Below, piece by piece: positions 1 to 12,793 of a DNA stretch of 64,000 nucleotides (the stretch's first letter is position 1; the number at the start of each line of letters is the position of its first letter). The notes under the pieces are model-generated. The model saw only the letters and a program-made list of their open reading frames with translations. It did no database searches and was not told the DNA's origin. The translations under genes were made by a program, and so were the position numbers. Source of the stretch: Amoebidium appalachense (lineage: Eukaryota > Protista > Ichthyosporea). The stretch is from positions 1-64,000 of the forward strand of contig CAVNZM010000001.1 of assembly GCA_963693365.1 (NCBI GenBank). Direction: 5' to 3'.

Positions 1-14
1 CGTCGTTGTGTGCT

Positions 15-302
15 ACAAGCTACCTACAAACACATCTTCTGTGTTTAGCATCCACAGCCTTACAGCTATATATTCCTTTTCACCCACCCACCTACACCCA
101 CACTCAACCCCCATTGATCCACACATACGTGCTGTTTTTTCACGGGGCGAAGACTTCCCCCGTTTTTTTGGGCACATGGACCTCACGGATCAATAAATTG
201 ATGACTGGGGGCTTGCCGTGGTTTACAACCATTGCAGGTTCACTTTCGTCCAAGGGGATGTCCCCCTAGAGGCAACACACGTCCCGGAGTAGTTTTCATA
301 GA
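15..302 (+). mobile_element. 3' end of Ngaro-type YR retrotransposon (N0): partial A2 repeat, spacer, B2 repeat
   Basis: Reverse complement of 15347-~15630; ends ...gtagttttcataga, the same terminus as N4. Confidence 0.85.
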
Positions 303-552
303 TTATGTACACACGAACATGTACACGTACCTCCCTGAGTGGGTGGATCCGTGTACACACATATAAATATTCTAATCGATATTACAACACACGATTAAAG
401 CCGATACAACACGATTACAAGTATACAAGCATATCGGAGATCGATGCTACACTTTACATAATAGGAGTGTGGCTTTTACACTAAGCATATGAACTGAAAC
501 ATAACACAAACTGAGAAGATCTTACCATATGTAAATACTACGTATTACAACA
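303..552 (-). mobile_element. Truncated copia B2-type LTR (first 250 bp), interrupted by N0 and inserted in copia C pol
   Basis: Near identical to 56167-56416; TG terminus at 552; no PPT adjacent. Confidence 0.85.
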
Positions 553-1108
553 CCTCCGTGTCGTTCGTTACCTGCTCGGCACCATCAACCTCGGCCTCTA
601 CTACAGGAAGAAGGCCCCCAACAGCAAGGTGCCCATCCTTGAGTGCTACTCGGATTCTGACTTTGCTGGTTGCCCCACCACCCGTCGTTCCACGTCTGGT
701 TACGTCATCCTCCTCGAAGGCACCCCCGTCACCTACCACTCCAAGCTGCAGACGATCACTGCAACTTCCACCTGTGAGGCCGAGCTCCTGGCCCTCAATG
801 CTGCCGTGCAAGATGTTGTCTGGCACCGTGATCTACTAAAGGAGCTGGGCTACCCCATGACCGAGCCCACCCCCGTGTACTGTGACAATCAGTCCACCAT
901 TGCTCTGGACCAGGTCCACTCCAACACCATCAAGCACCGGACCAAGCACATTGCCGTTCGTTACTTCAACACCAAGGACTACATCAACAGTGGGGACGTC
1001 ACTGTCACCTACATCGACACCAAGAAGAACCTGGCCGACATCTTCACCAAGCCTCTGGCTGGTCCGGCCCACGACACACACCGTGCCAACCTCAGTCTCC
1101 GTGACTGA
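553..1108 (+). pseudogene. pol: Copia C pol C-terminal fragment (RT end and RNase H)
   Basis: YSDSDFAG, EAELLA, CDNQS, KHIAVRY and ADIFTKPL motifs. Confidence 0.9.
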
Positions 1109-1216
1109 CCCGTGCACTGGTGTTCATCATCGAGTGGTTTCTGAGTAGGTTGGGGCCCTGGACAGCAGTTGACACACCTACGGTGATCAAGATGCCTCCC
1201 AACGAAAGTCTACTAC

Positions 1217-1923
1217 TGTCATCTTCACTTGATTCTCAGCAAGACTTAGAAGTTGAGTTTTGTATTTATTTATTAGTTGTTGTAGTTTGTTTCCTTTTCC
1301 TTTCTTCATTTCTTTCTTTCTTTTCCGTTTCCGTGTACACGACATCTTAGATCTGTGTACGTATCGACATACTTAGCTCGCGCACACGTATTGTCGTTTG
1401 TGTCAAAATCAATATATGTCATCCAATCATATCTCGTTTGTATTTCCCAAATATAGTAACTTACATTCCTTTCTCATTCCTTTCCCACGACGTAGCATTG
1501 TGCTATGTTCTCCAACTATTAGGAATAATTATATTTAGACGTGTTATGATAAGAACATGTATAAATGTATGTTATGAATTAATAGTTATATAAGTGGTTT
1601 CATTTTGTTAAATGTTTCCGTGCTTTTATTAGAAGTTTCTTTCATTAGAGGATTGAGTTTTATATTCTATGTGTCGACAGACATTTTAATCGATATATTT
1701 TACACTCATAGTTTTCGTTCTTTTGATTGGTTTATCGTTTCACATTCCCAAGTATAAAAGGGACCTCATCTTGAAATAAATAAAAAGCAGTCGTATTCAT
1801 TTCCTATGGTTCCAGAAATCGTTCCACCTCTCCGGTTGTGTTTTTCCCGTGTGTCTCTGTGTTGTGTATATCATAACACCCATCTGTGCTCTCTGCTTCT
1901 CCGTTTACCCACACAAAATAACA
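1217..1923 (+). mobile_element. Solo LTR of copia family A
   Basis: TG...CA termini, TSD ACTAC on both sides, near identical to 39024-39731. Confidence 0.93.
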
Positions 1924-2629
1924 ACTACTCCTCATAGTTTCTCTTCATCAGTGGGGACTCAGTCTTACATCGTCATATGTGTGCATCTTCAGTGGGGATT
2001 ATTCTCCACCATCCGTCGTTTATTTATATTCATATCCCACCATATATATTGGTTTTCTTCTATATTCGACCTTATATATATGTCGAACTGGGATGGCGTC
2101 CCAGTATAAATAATTATCTATAGCCATGGCGTGCTGGTTGACTGCCAGTCTAAACCTAGTCCACGGGATGCCCCTTCCCCGTGTCTTAACTGGTTGACAA
2201 CCAGTCTATAAATCAGTCCACAAGATGTTCGTGCCTTGTGTTTACCTGGGTGGTCCCCAGTATAAACCATTAGCCACCAACACGTCACACATGCACTAGT
2301 GTTTCCTATATATATATATATCGCCAATAACCACCATGATTTCTTATTTCGAGTCTTCAGAGGCAACCGTCGTTGTGTGCCTCTTCAGTTTTGATTCTCT
2401 CCTTCCCACCTCAAGGATCTTCGGTTTGCATCCTCGAGTGGGGAAACTTGAGTGTGACGGCCCCTCCTGTGTTTGGACCTCATCTACCGTCACATCAACA
2501 GACACGAGAACACAAACTTCAACCCCTTGAGTGGGGATGTTGGAATACGTCACCATGTATGACAGCAAGAGCCTTGAAGTATGTATGTGTCTTAGCTTGT
2601 TTGTATTCGTGTCTGCTTTCCTTCTTTGT

Positions 2630-2683
<54 letters not shown>

Positions 2684-3439
2684 CCCCCCCCCCCCCCCCC
2701 CCCCCCGTATCTCTCACTCCCTTGTTTCTGTGAGCACAGATATCTGTAGATCTGTGCACACCTGGCTCTCTTGCCTGATAAGAACTTATTGTGTTTTTAT
2801 TTCTGTTTGCTCTCCTCTGTTTATCTGAGAGGTAGCGTGATTGGCTAGCCTCACTCGTTGTCTTTCCTTTATTTCAAAATGGCTTAGTTTTGTTCTCAAA
2901 AGGATGGCTCGCCAATAGTCGCGAGCGAGTACATCTGTAGATTGTGTTGTGCATTCCAGTCTATTAATATATGTGTGTTGTGATTGGACAATAGATATAT
3001 ATGGAATTCGGTTTATTGCAAAGTGTCTTCACTTTGAGAGTGTCGACTATTAGGAAATATATGTATTTAAATAAGTTTCTTTATAGAGACGAACATAAAT
3101 ATATATGTGAGTTAATAGTGACTAGATGTATAATTACTTAATTTATTTAAGTAAGAGTTTCTAAACTTTAGTTTAATCGAAAGTTGGAATGCGTATGCTC
3201 TGTCGGAATGTGTTTTTCTATCTTCTGATAGAACCGATTGGTTCTCCCTCTTTAGTTGTGATAAGGTGATAAGTCGCAAGTACAAAAGGAACCGAGAGCA
3301 CAATAAAGAATCAGTTGTTGTTTGAAATCTTTCAATGTCTCGAGTGAACAACTCCGATTGCCCTCTCATTAATGTGTTAGTCGTGTTTTACATGACACCT
3401 CTGTGCACTCTGCTCCCTTAGACCCGTACAAAAACAACA

Positions 3440-4000
3440 GATGGGCATGTGCCGGAAGGCAGCCTGCACGTCTGCCACGGCCATGTAGCAGCTGGGGCCT
3501 GCGTCGAGAATGAGCTGGGTGACGTCCCGGGCTCGAATGTACTGAAGTTCGTCGGGGTAGGTGACGCTGTCATTGACGCTGCTGCCCCGGGGCCATGAGA
3601 GGTGGTGAATTCGACGATACTTGGGGGGGTCCCTTTTTTAGTAACGGCGCTGATGGGGGAGGAACGGTTGACTGGAAATTCGGCGAAGAATTGGTCCGGG
3701 GAGAGGGGGCCGCGCAGGTGGCCGAGGGCGAATTCGTTGGCAATAGCTGCCGTGATAGCGGCAGCAGCAGCCGGGGTGGTGGGTAGGTTGGGGCCCACCC
3801 GAGACGTGGAGGGGCCGCGGTAGCCGATGTCGACACCAAATTCGACATCGTGGAGGAGCTGTGCGGCGAATGTTGGTGTGGGTAGGATGCCAGCAGCTCC
3901 CGGAGGCGGGAGGTGTCAATGTGGTGCTGGGGCAGCGGGCGGGCCTCCGGGTCTGAGCCTCGGGGGAAGGTGTGGTTAGCAAGGGTGGGGCACCCTCGGG
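3440..4000 (-). pseudogene. Ngaro RT N-terminal fragment
   Basis: Homologous to 18233-18798 (GPNLP, SSPISAVTKKG, ADVQAAFRH), frameshifted. Confidence 0.85.
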
Positions 4001-5295
4001 GAGGTCCCGGCAGCGGGGGGGGGGGGGGGGGGGCAGCAGGGCCCCGGGGGGTTAGAGTAGGGCAGCTGGGCCCGAGGGAGGGTTTGCAGAGAGGGCAGCG
4101 GGGCCCTGTGCAGGGGAAGCCCGAGCACGCGCGGGTGTGGGCGGACACAGAGGTAGAAGAAGGGGGGGGGAGGGAGTGCTAGGTGAGTGCCAGGGGAGGG
4201 GAAGCTCGTGGGATGGGGGGGGGGGTGTTGTTTTGTGTGGGTAAACGGGGAAGCAGAGTGCACAGATGGGTGTTATGTTATACACAACACAGAGACACAC
4301 GGGAGAAACACAACCGGAGAGGTGGAACGATAACTGGGGCCATAGGAAATGATTCGACTGCTTGATATTTATTTCAAGATGAAGTCCCTTTTATACTTGG
4401 GAATGTGAAATCGATAAACCAATCAAAAGACGAAAACTATGAGTGAAAAATATATCGATCGAAATGTCTGTCGACACATAGAATATAAAATGCAATCCTC
4501 TAATAAAAGAAACTTCTAATAAAAGCACGGAAACATTTAACAAAATGAAACCACTTATGTAACCATTAGTTCACAACATACATTTATACATGTTCTTATC
4601 ATAACACGTCTAAATATAATTATTCCTAATAGTTGGAGAACATAGCACAATGCTACGTCGTGAGAAAGGAATGGGAAAGGAATGTAAGTTACTATATTTG
4701 GGAAAATACAAACGAGATCTGATTGGATGACATATTTAGATATTGACACAAACGACAATACGTGTGCGTGAGCTAAATATCTCGATGTGTACACAGATCT
4801 AAGATATCGGTGTACACGGAAACAGAAAGGAAAGAAAGAAAGGAAGAAAGGAAAAGAAAAAAGGAAACAAACTACAACAAACTAATAAACATATATAAAA
4901 CTCAACTTCTAAGTCTTGCTGAGAATCAGGGAAGATGACATCCCCACTCAAGGGTTGGAAGTTGGGTTCTCGTGAAGTTTGTTGATGTGACTGTTGATGT
5001 CAATACTCTCACACATGTAGAAGCAGGTGCCGTGAAGTCACAGTCAAGTTTCCCCACTCGAGAAGACAATGGAGAAGACTTGAAGGGGCAAGCCGGGGAA
5101 GAAAACCTATATACATGATGGTATATAAATAAACGACGGATGGTGGAGAAAGAAGTCCCCACTGAAGATGCACACACTGAAGATCGATGAAGACAGCAGT
5201 AGACTTTCGTTGGGAGGTGTCTCTACACGGTGATGTGTAGACCACTGGCCGGGGCCCCAACCTACTTGAAGACCACTGTAGATGAACCGGGGGGA

Positions 5296-5348
<53 letters not shown>

Positions 5349-7595
5349 CTCAGTCACGAAGACTGAGTGAAGCACGGTGCTGCTCGTGGGAGGGCCCGGG
5401 CAGGGGCTTGGTGAAGTTGTCGGCCACGTTGTCTTTGGTGGACACGTAGGTGACGACCACATCCCCACTCTTGATGTAGTCCTTCGTGTTGTGGTACCGG
5501 ACGGCAATGTGTTTGGTTCGGTGCTTGATGCTGCTGGTGTGCAGAAGGGCAATGGTGGACTGGTTGTCACAGTAGACGGGGGTGGGGTCGGTCATCGGGT
5601 AGCCGAGTTCACGGAGGAGATCACGGTGCCAGATGACGTTTTGAACAGCAGCATTGATGGCCAGAAGCTCAGCCTCGGTGGTGGATGTTGCCGTGATGGA
5701 CTGCAGCTTCGAATACCATGTGATGGGTATGCCCTTGAAGAAGATGATGTATCCGGTGGTTGAACGACGGGTGTTGGGGCAGTTGGCAAAGTCGGCATCA
5801 GAATAACACTCAAGCAAGGGGGTGTTGTCGTCGGATGCAGACTTGTCGTAGTGAAGGCCGAGGTTGGAAGTGCCGATGAGGTACCGAACTACACGGAGCA
5901 GACATTCCCATGCAAGTTTGGTTGGGTTGGCACTGAATCTACCGAGGTGGTGATGCCTGCTTGAGGCCGTAGAGTGCCTTCTTGAGTTTCCAGACCTTGT
6001 GCTCGTTGCCGGGGGTGATGAAGCTAGGTGGTGGCTCAATGTAGATGTCTTCTTGAAGAGGACTGTTGAGGAAGGCTGTAGAGACGTCGAGTTGATGAAT
6101 CTCATGGTTGCCGTCCACACCGATGGCAAGGAGGGCACGGACGGAGGAGGACATCACCACGGGGGAAGAGGTGTCACCGTAGTCAACACCGTAGACTTGA
6201 GTGAAGCCCTTTGCAACACCACGAGCCTTGATCTTGGTGTCACCGGCTGAGTTGAGGACTTTCTCAGTCACAATCCACTGGAACTTGATGATGTTGGCAT
6301 GAGGGGGGGATCAACGACGGTGAAGACATCCTTGGTGATGAAGGCTTGGTACTCGGAGGTGAGGGCAGCTATGACGGCATCACCGTTGGGACCGTTGCAA
6401 AGCTTTTGTATGCCCTTGGGGAGTTGGTCAATGTTGATGGTCGGTGCTGTGATGCTGACCAGTGCCGTAGGACCTGGTGGCTTGGTGAGACGTGCAGACC
6501 GACGAAGGTTGGTCTTGGGGGGGTCCTTGAGGGGGGTTGAGGCCGGGGAAGTGTTGTAGGCCGGGACAGGGGCATGGAAGCCAGGAATAGGACCGGTGGT
6601 GAGGGGGGAATCGGTGTCCACAGGGCTGCTCGAGGCCGAGTGGAAGGTGGGGGACCCAGGACGAACCGGAGTCATGTAGCCGGGTTGATGCACAGCAACG
6701 GGGGGTGCCGGTAGCAAGGGTTGTTGGCCAGTGGGGGGGGGGGCTCAGGGGAGGTACGGGTTCGACCGGGGCTGGTTGGTTGTGCCAGGACGGTTGGGAG
6801 ATGACTACAGACGGAATTTCATCGTCATCTTCGGAGGGGGGGTCCAATGTCGGCAGATCGGGTTTGGGGGGATCGGGGACCTGATTGGTGCTGCTCGTGA
6901 ATTTTGACTCGTCAAAGATGACGTCACGGCAGATCTTGACTTGGTTGCTGGCACGGTGGAGGATCTTGTGCGCCTTGGAGGGCAGATCCCAGCCGACGTA
7001 GGTGCCGACTCTGACGGTTGATGCAAGCTTGTTCCTCTTGGATCGGGGAACATGCACATAGGCAGGGGAGCCGAACACGTGGAGCTGGGAGACGTCGGGT
7101 TTGAGGCCGTGGAAGGCCTCGAAGGGGGTGTTGCCGTTGGAAGCAGATGACGGTGTGACGTTGATGATGTAGCCAGCATGTTTGAGAGCAGCAACCCGCA
7201 ACTTGGGAGAGAGAGGTTGATCCTTTTCTGCATGGAGGAAGCAACGGACTGTCTCTTGAAGTTCTCTCATCTTCCGTTCAACAACACCGTTGTGCTGTGG
7301 TGTGTCGACGGGGGCAAACTCCATGTTAATGCCTTTCTGCTTGCAGTAGGCCTCGGTGTCCTTGGATGTGAACTCAGAGCCGGAGTCAAACCGAAGATGG
7401 GTGACGATCTCAGGTGTCTGTCGTTCGACAGTTTCAACTAGAGACTGATTGTAGCTGAGGGTTTCAGCACGGTTGTAGAGGGGGAACACGGTGGTGTAAC
7501 CGGTGGCATCACAAACTGTTGGAAGATGGTATCGTTATCCAGTCCGATCGCATGAATCAGATCATGATCGGCTGGTGGCCTGCGAGATCTTAACC

Positions 7596-7668
7596 GATCT
7601 CGTAGCTCAGTTGGTAGAGCACTCGACCGGAGATAGAGGGGTCGCGGGTTCAAATCCCGTCGGGTTCA
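7596..7668 (+). tRNA. tRNA-like sequence in TRIM LTR (probably non-decoding)
   Basis: 73-nt cloverleaf, A box TAGCTCAGTTGG, B box GGTTCAAATCC, T5 run downstream; C33, G-A mismatch in anticodon stem, one acceptor mismatch. Confidence 0.8.
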
Positions 7669-7965
7669 TCTTTTTCTCATCCTCTTCTCGCTGGGGTAAA
7701 AGCCAGCACGCCTTTACTGGCGTCATCACAACCATTGGCAGTGGTTAGGTTGTGATCTCAAGGCTAGCAAGATCGCTAGTCTCTGCACCAGGACAAAATC
7801 CAAAATGGTAGCATGAACAGGGGTTCAGTGGGGACTGAGGGGGCAGTCCACCCTAACCTGATTCTGCGATTCGTCCTGAGTGGGGATGTTGGAAGATGGT
7901 ATCGTTATCCAGTCCGATCGCATGAATCAGATCATGATCGGCTGGTGGCCTGCGAGATCTTAACC

Positions 7966-8038
7966 GATCTCGTAGCTCAGTTGGTAGAGCACTCGACCGG
8001 AGATAGAGGGGTCGCGGGTTCAAATCCCGTCGGGATCA
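7966..8038 (+). tRNA. tRNA-like sequence in TRIM LTR (probably non-decoding)
   Basis: Same cloverleaf with fully paired acceptor stem GATCTCG/CGGGATC. Confidence 0.82.
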
Positions 8039-10897
8039 TCTTTTTCTCATCCTCTTCTCGCTGGGGTAAAAGCCAGCACGCCTTTACTGGCGTCATCACA
8101 ACCATCGGCAGTGGTTAGGTTGTGATCTCAAGGCTAGCAAGATCGCTAGTCTCTGCACCAGGACAAAATCCAAAACAAACACACACCAGAGCAACCTTGT
8201 AGCCTCCGTAGGAAGCACAGGGAGCTTCGAAGAAGTCCAGGTGCCACTTAGCACCGGGGATGGTGAAACGGGAACGGGTGCCGGGAAATGGAGCCTTGGT
8301 GGTCTTGCCAGACATGCAGCCGAAGCAGTCACTGTGGTCGTGTGACTTGAGGGAGGGGGGCATGCCGATGACAAGCTCATTCTTGGCCATTCTGGTGACG
8401 GTGGATAGGGCACGGTGGCCGAGACGGTTGTGCCAAAGGGTAAGGTCGTCGGTTGGTTGAGTCCTTGCTGTGTAGGCTTGGACCCACGGGTGTTGAGGGG
8501 TGTCAATCACGTAGTCAGTGATGTAGTAAAGGCCGTTGAGGGGAGTGAGGTCGGAAATAATGTCACCATTACGGCTGTAGAGGAACGACGGATGAGTGTC
8601 TGCATCGTCACAGTGACCAAGGAGGCCGGCAGTTGAGGCCATGGAGGCAGACACGAGGAAGGACGGTGACTCGGGTACGTAGAGAGCATTGATGCTGCAC
8701 GGGGTTGAGTTGCCGTTGTAGTGCAGGGTCATGTTGATGATGCCACGGTGTGTGGCATTGACGGTGCCAAGGCCGTGAATGGGGGTGGGGGGACACGGGG
8801 TAAGGGAGGAGAAATACTCCTTGATGGGGCAGATGTGTGCATTACAAGCATTGTCCCAGACGGGGTCGTCACGGTCGGGTGTGCCGGTGGAGGAGATGAG
8901 TGCAAATTGCACACTCTTGTTGCCTTTCTCCTGCTTGGCACGACGAGCAACAGCACAGCCAGGCTCTGGGCATGATGTGATGTGGTGGGGTTCATGGCAG
9001 TAGGAACACTCCACTCTCTTTTTGTTGTGCTGTCGGTTACGGTTGTCCCTGTTACCACGGGGGTAAGGGGAAGTTGAACGGGGGCCGGGTGACTTGGAGG
9101 ACGGACAAGGATCACGGGAACGGGACGGGGAACGGTGAGGTGTATGCTCACGTCAGGGATACGGTTACGGAGGTCACCGGGGGGAAGCACTCTGCTCTGG
9201 AGTGCACGAAGAGGACAGTTGTTGACGGTTGCACCAGTCCCTGCGTCTATGAGGCCGGCACGGATTTCAGCTCCTCGGATGTCACTGATGAGCTGGTTGA
9301 AGGACGGGTAGGCCTTGTTGTTCATCCAGTAGTCGGAGCAGAGACGTTCAATGTCGGAGCAGACCAGGGCCGTGTTCTTCCGGAGGTGAAGGAAGAACTT
9401 ACGTACGACATCCTTGTGCTGGACGGGCTCGTCGAGGCAGGCAAGTGTCGTAGCCAGACGTTGGAGACGGGTGAGGTATGCTGTGACGTCACGGTTGGGG
9501 TAGTCTCGGAGTTCAAGCTCCTCGCAGGTGGCTTGAATCTGGTGACTCGGGCCTCCTTCTCTGCCACATACGCCATACGCAGGTTGTGGAAGACTTCTCC
9601 ACCGTGAACACCGTCTTGCATCCGGCCGGAGTCGTAGAGCTCTGTCGGATGGACGGACTGGTTGAGGATCTGGTCGAGGACGTCGGAAGCTTTCTTGTAG
9701 GAGTCCTTGGTGGCGTAGCCTAGCCACTGGTTGGCCTCAGTGCCGTCAACCCACTGTGGCCTCTTGATAGCGTCAACGAATTTCTCGGCAATGGTTGTTC
9801 TAATGAACCGGTGGATAAGTGGCTCCCACTCGAAATAATTGAGACGTTTCTCGTCTCTTTTCTCGGACGGATTCCATATTGCAAGGTTGATGTACGACGG
9901 TTTGTCAGTCATGATTGAAGCGGTAAGACGGAGGAATTTCGCGGTTGTAACGAGATTGTGTGTTAGCGTGCAAAGGGGCCGTAAACCTGTTGTTTTGTGT
10001 GGGTAAACGGGGAAGGAGAGTGCACAGATGAGTGTTATGTTATACACAACACAGAGACACACGGGAGAAACACAACCGGAGAGGTGGAACGATAACTGGG
10101 GCCATAGGAAATGATTCGACTGCTTGATATTTATTTCAAGATGAAGTCCCTTTTATACTTGGGAATGTGAAATCGATAAACCAATCAAAAGACGAAAACT
10201 ATGAGTGTAAAATATATCAATCGAAATGTCTGTCGACACATAGAATATATAATGCAATCCTCTAATAAAAGAAACTTCTAATAAAAGCACGGAAACATTT
10301 AACAAAATGAAACCACTTATGTAACTATTAGTTCACAACATACATTTATACATGTTCTTATCATAACACGTCTAAATATAATTATTCCTAATAGTTGGAG
10401 AACATAGCACAATGCTGAGAAAGGAATGGGAAAGGAATGTAAGTTACTATATTTGGGAAAATACAAACGAGATCTGAATGGATGACATATTTAGATATTG
10501 ACACAAACGACAATACGTGTGCGTGAGCTAAATATCTCGATGTGTACACAGATCTAAGATATTGGTGTACACGGAAACAGAAAGGAAAGTAAGAAAGGAA
10601 GAAAGGAAAAGGGAAAAGGAAACAAACTACAACAAACTAATAAACATATATAAAACCCAACTTCTAAGTCTTGCTGAGAATCAGGGAAGATGACAGGGGG
10701 GGGAGTAAAAATTATGTGCAGTGGGCAGAATAACGTCTTTGTGTAGGGACATTTATTCTTGGCGCGCGCGGGCGCCGTAGTTGGCCTGCGAAATTTTGTA
10801 CTCAGCCCTATTGGCCCGTTTTCCCGAGCTCCGTTTCCTTATACCCGTGTGTCCTAGCTCCTAGCCCCTATGTTCTATCTGTGTTTGTGCACGTAGA

Positions 10898-12793
10898 CTA
10901 GGCATTGTGCTTGCAGTCTTTGCGGGGGTGTGTGCCAGAGCAGAGCGGGCACACGTGGGAGAAGGGGCAGGGCTGCTTAGCGCAGGACCGACCGTTAATG
11001 TGGAAATTGTCATCTTCCCATGATTCACGGCAAGACTTAGAAGTTGAGTTTTATATATGTTTATTAGGTTGTTGTAGTTTGTTTCCTTTTCCCTTTTCCT
11101 TTCTTCCTTTCGTTCTTTCCTTTCTGTTTCCGTGTACACCGATATCTTAGATCTGTGTACACATCGAGATATTTAGCTCACGCACACGTATAATTGTCGT
11201 TTGTGTCAATATCTAAATATGTCGTCCAATCAGATCTCGTTTGTATTTTCCCAAATATAGTAACTTACATTCCTTTCCCTTCTTTTCTCACGACGTAGCA
11301 TTGTGCTATGTTCCCCAACTATTAGGAATACTTATATTTAGACGTGTTATGTTAAAGAACATGTATAAATGTATGATGTGAACTAATAGTTACATAAGTG
11401 GTTTCATTTTGTTAATGTTTCCGTGCTTTTATTAGAAGATTACTTTCATTAGACGATTGCGTTTTATCTTCTATGTGAAGACAGACATTTCGATCGATAT
11501 ATTTTACACTCATAGTTTTCGTCTTTTGATTGGTTTATCGATTTCACATTCCCAAGTATAAAAGGGACTTCATCTTGAAATAAATATCAAGCAGTCGAAT
11601 CATTTCCTATGGCCCCAGTAATCGTTCCACCTCTCCGGTTGTGTTTCTCCCGTGTGTCTCTGTGTTGTGTATAACATAACACCCATCTGTGCACTCTGCT
11701 TCCCCGTTTACCCACACAAAATAACAGAAATTCCTGCAGTGCGTCGCGGGTAGATCCACGGGTCGGGCCGGTTTTGCCGAGCCGGGTTGCGGGCCAGGGC
11801 GGTTGGGGGTTTGGCCCCCGCCGGGCTTGTGGGGCGGCTTGAAGCCGTCAACACCACAGCCGGGCTTGGGGTACATGGGGCAGGCCGCGCTGGGGTGGTC
11901 GGGGAAGCCACAGCGCTGACATGCGTCCGGGATGAGCAGAGTGGGTGGCAGGAGGAGATCCTGGTGGAGTTGGGCGAGCAGGTTGGGACACTCGATCGGA
12001 GCCCGACCCTGCTGGTGGGCAACGGTTCGGGCGTATACGTCATAGTTGTGGATCTGGGCCCACGGGTATCGGGTGCTGAGGCGAGTGATGTGCTGAGTCC
12101 AAAGTACGTCTTTGTCCGTGGGGAGGCCGAGGTGGTGCTTGGCGGCCATGTAATGGGTCCAAGCCTGGATCCAAATGACGAGTGAACGCAGGGGAACGGG
12201 TTTGTCCTGGCGAAAAGTCTCGATGCTGCCGTCGTCGGCCATGCGCAGATGCTGACATTTCTTGGATGGGGCCAAGAGGGCGGCGGGGGTGAACTTATAC
12301 AGGTCGACGAAACGATTGGCGCGCAAATCTGCCAGCACATCCGCGGGGGGAGCGGGAGTGTGCCCGGCTGAATGTCGCCAGTGTTCTCACCTGTGATGGG
12401 GGGCGCGGGCAGGGCAGGTAGGTCTAGGTCAGGGCCGAGATCATGCAGCCCCGGGGAAACCTCCCCGGGTGCGGAGGGCGCGGCGGGGGGCGCGGGAGGG
12501 TCGCGGTTGGTGAGAGCAGCCAGGACGCCAGCCATCTGGGTGCTGATGGCGGTGAGGGCGGCAAGGACGGCGTCTTGAGAAGTCATCTGCGGGGACGGCG
12601 GGGCCTGAGGGGGGACTTCAGGAGGGGAGGGGGGACTAGCCGGCGGGTCCGGGTCCGTGGTGGTATGGGCCGCTGGAGGCGCGTCAGTGTCCGCGGGAGC
12701 GTTGGTCAGCCTGTGGCGGAGGTCGCTGCGGGTCAGGCGCTTGGGTGCCGCGGCAGGGGCGGTGGCTGAGGCCTGGCGCTTTTTCGGCGGCAT
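10898..12793 (-). pseudogene. gag: Ngaro N1 gag (ORF1), interrupted by solo LTR
   Basis: MPPKKRQ start, WAQIHNYD, CQRCGFPDHPSAAC and C-terminal Cys/His fingers. Confidence 0.85.
11008..11726 (+). mobile_element. Solo LTR of copia family A (variant)
   Basis: TG...CA termini, TSD GAAAT. Confidence 0.92.

Larger units (their letters stand above)
553..3439 (+). mobile_element. 3' part of Ty1/copia element family C (pol end, 3' UTR, PPT, 3' LTR 2538-3439)
   Basis: RNase H ORF, PPT gagtgggga followed by tgttgg at 2538; LTR ends caaca at 3439 where Ngaro RT sequence resumes. Confidence 0.85.
7517..8175 (+). mobile_element. TRIM with tRNA-like Pol III cassette in each LTR (LTRs 7517-7805 and 7887-8175)
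   Basis: 289-bp direct repeats, 81-bp internal region with PBS tggtagca and PPT gagtgggga, TSD CAAAC inside the A1 integrase. Confidence 0.93.
5350..9912 (-). pseudogene. gag-pol: Copia A1 gag-pol, disrupted by frameshifts, a TRIM insertion and a ~480-bp RT deletion
   Basis: CCHC knuckle, WHNRLGH/CFGC, FDSGSEF, RNase H; junction near 5950 joins KQAS to LGRFS and removes YVDD compared with A2. Confidence 0.9.
4226..10695 (-). mobile_element. Copia A1, two-LTR defective copy (5' LTR 9988-10695, 3' LTR 4226-4940)
   Basis: Both LTRs TG...CA, TSD GGGGG, PBS ggtttacggcccc, PPT gagtgggga. Confidence 0.93.

Noticed and set aside
7596-7668. Functional tRNA-Ser(GGA) genes
   Set aside because: No long variable arm, C at position 33, mismatched anticodon stem, and all four copies are parts of TRIM LTRs
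7517-8175. Tandem SINE dimer
   Set aside because: A PBS and PPT lie between the repeats, the element starts with TG, has a short TSD and has no tail, which indicates an LTR element
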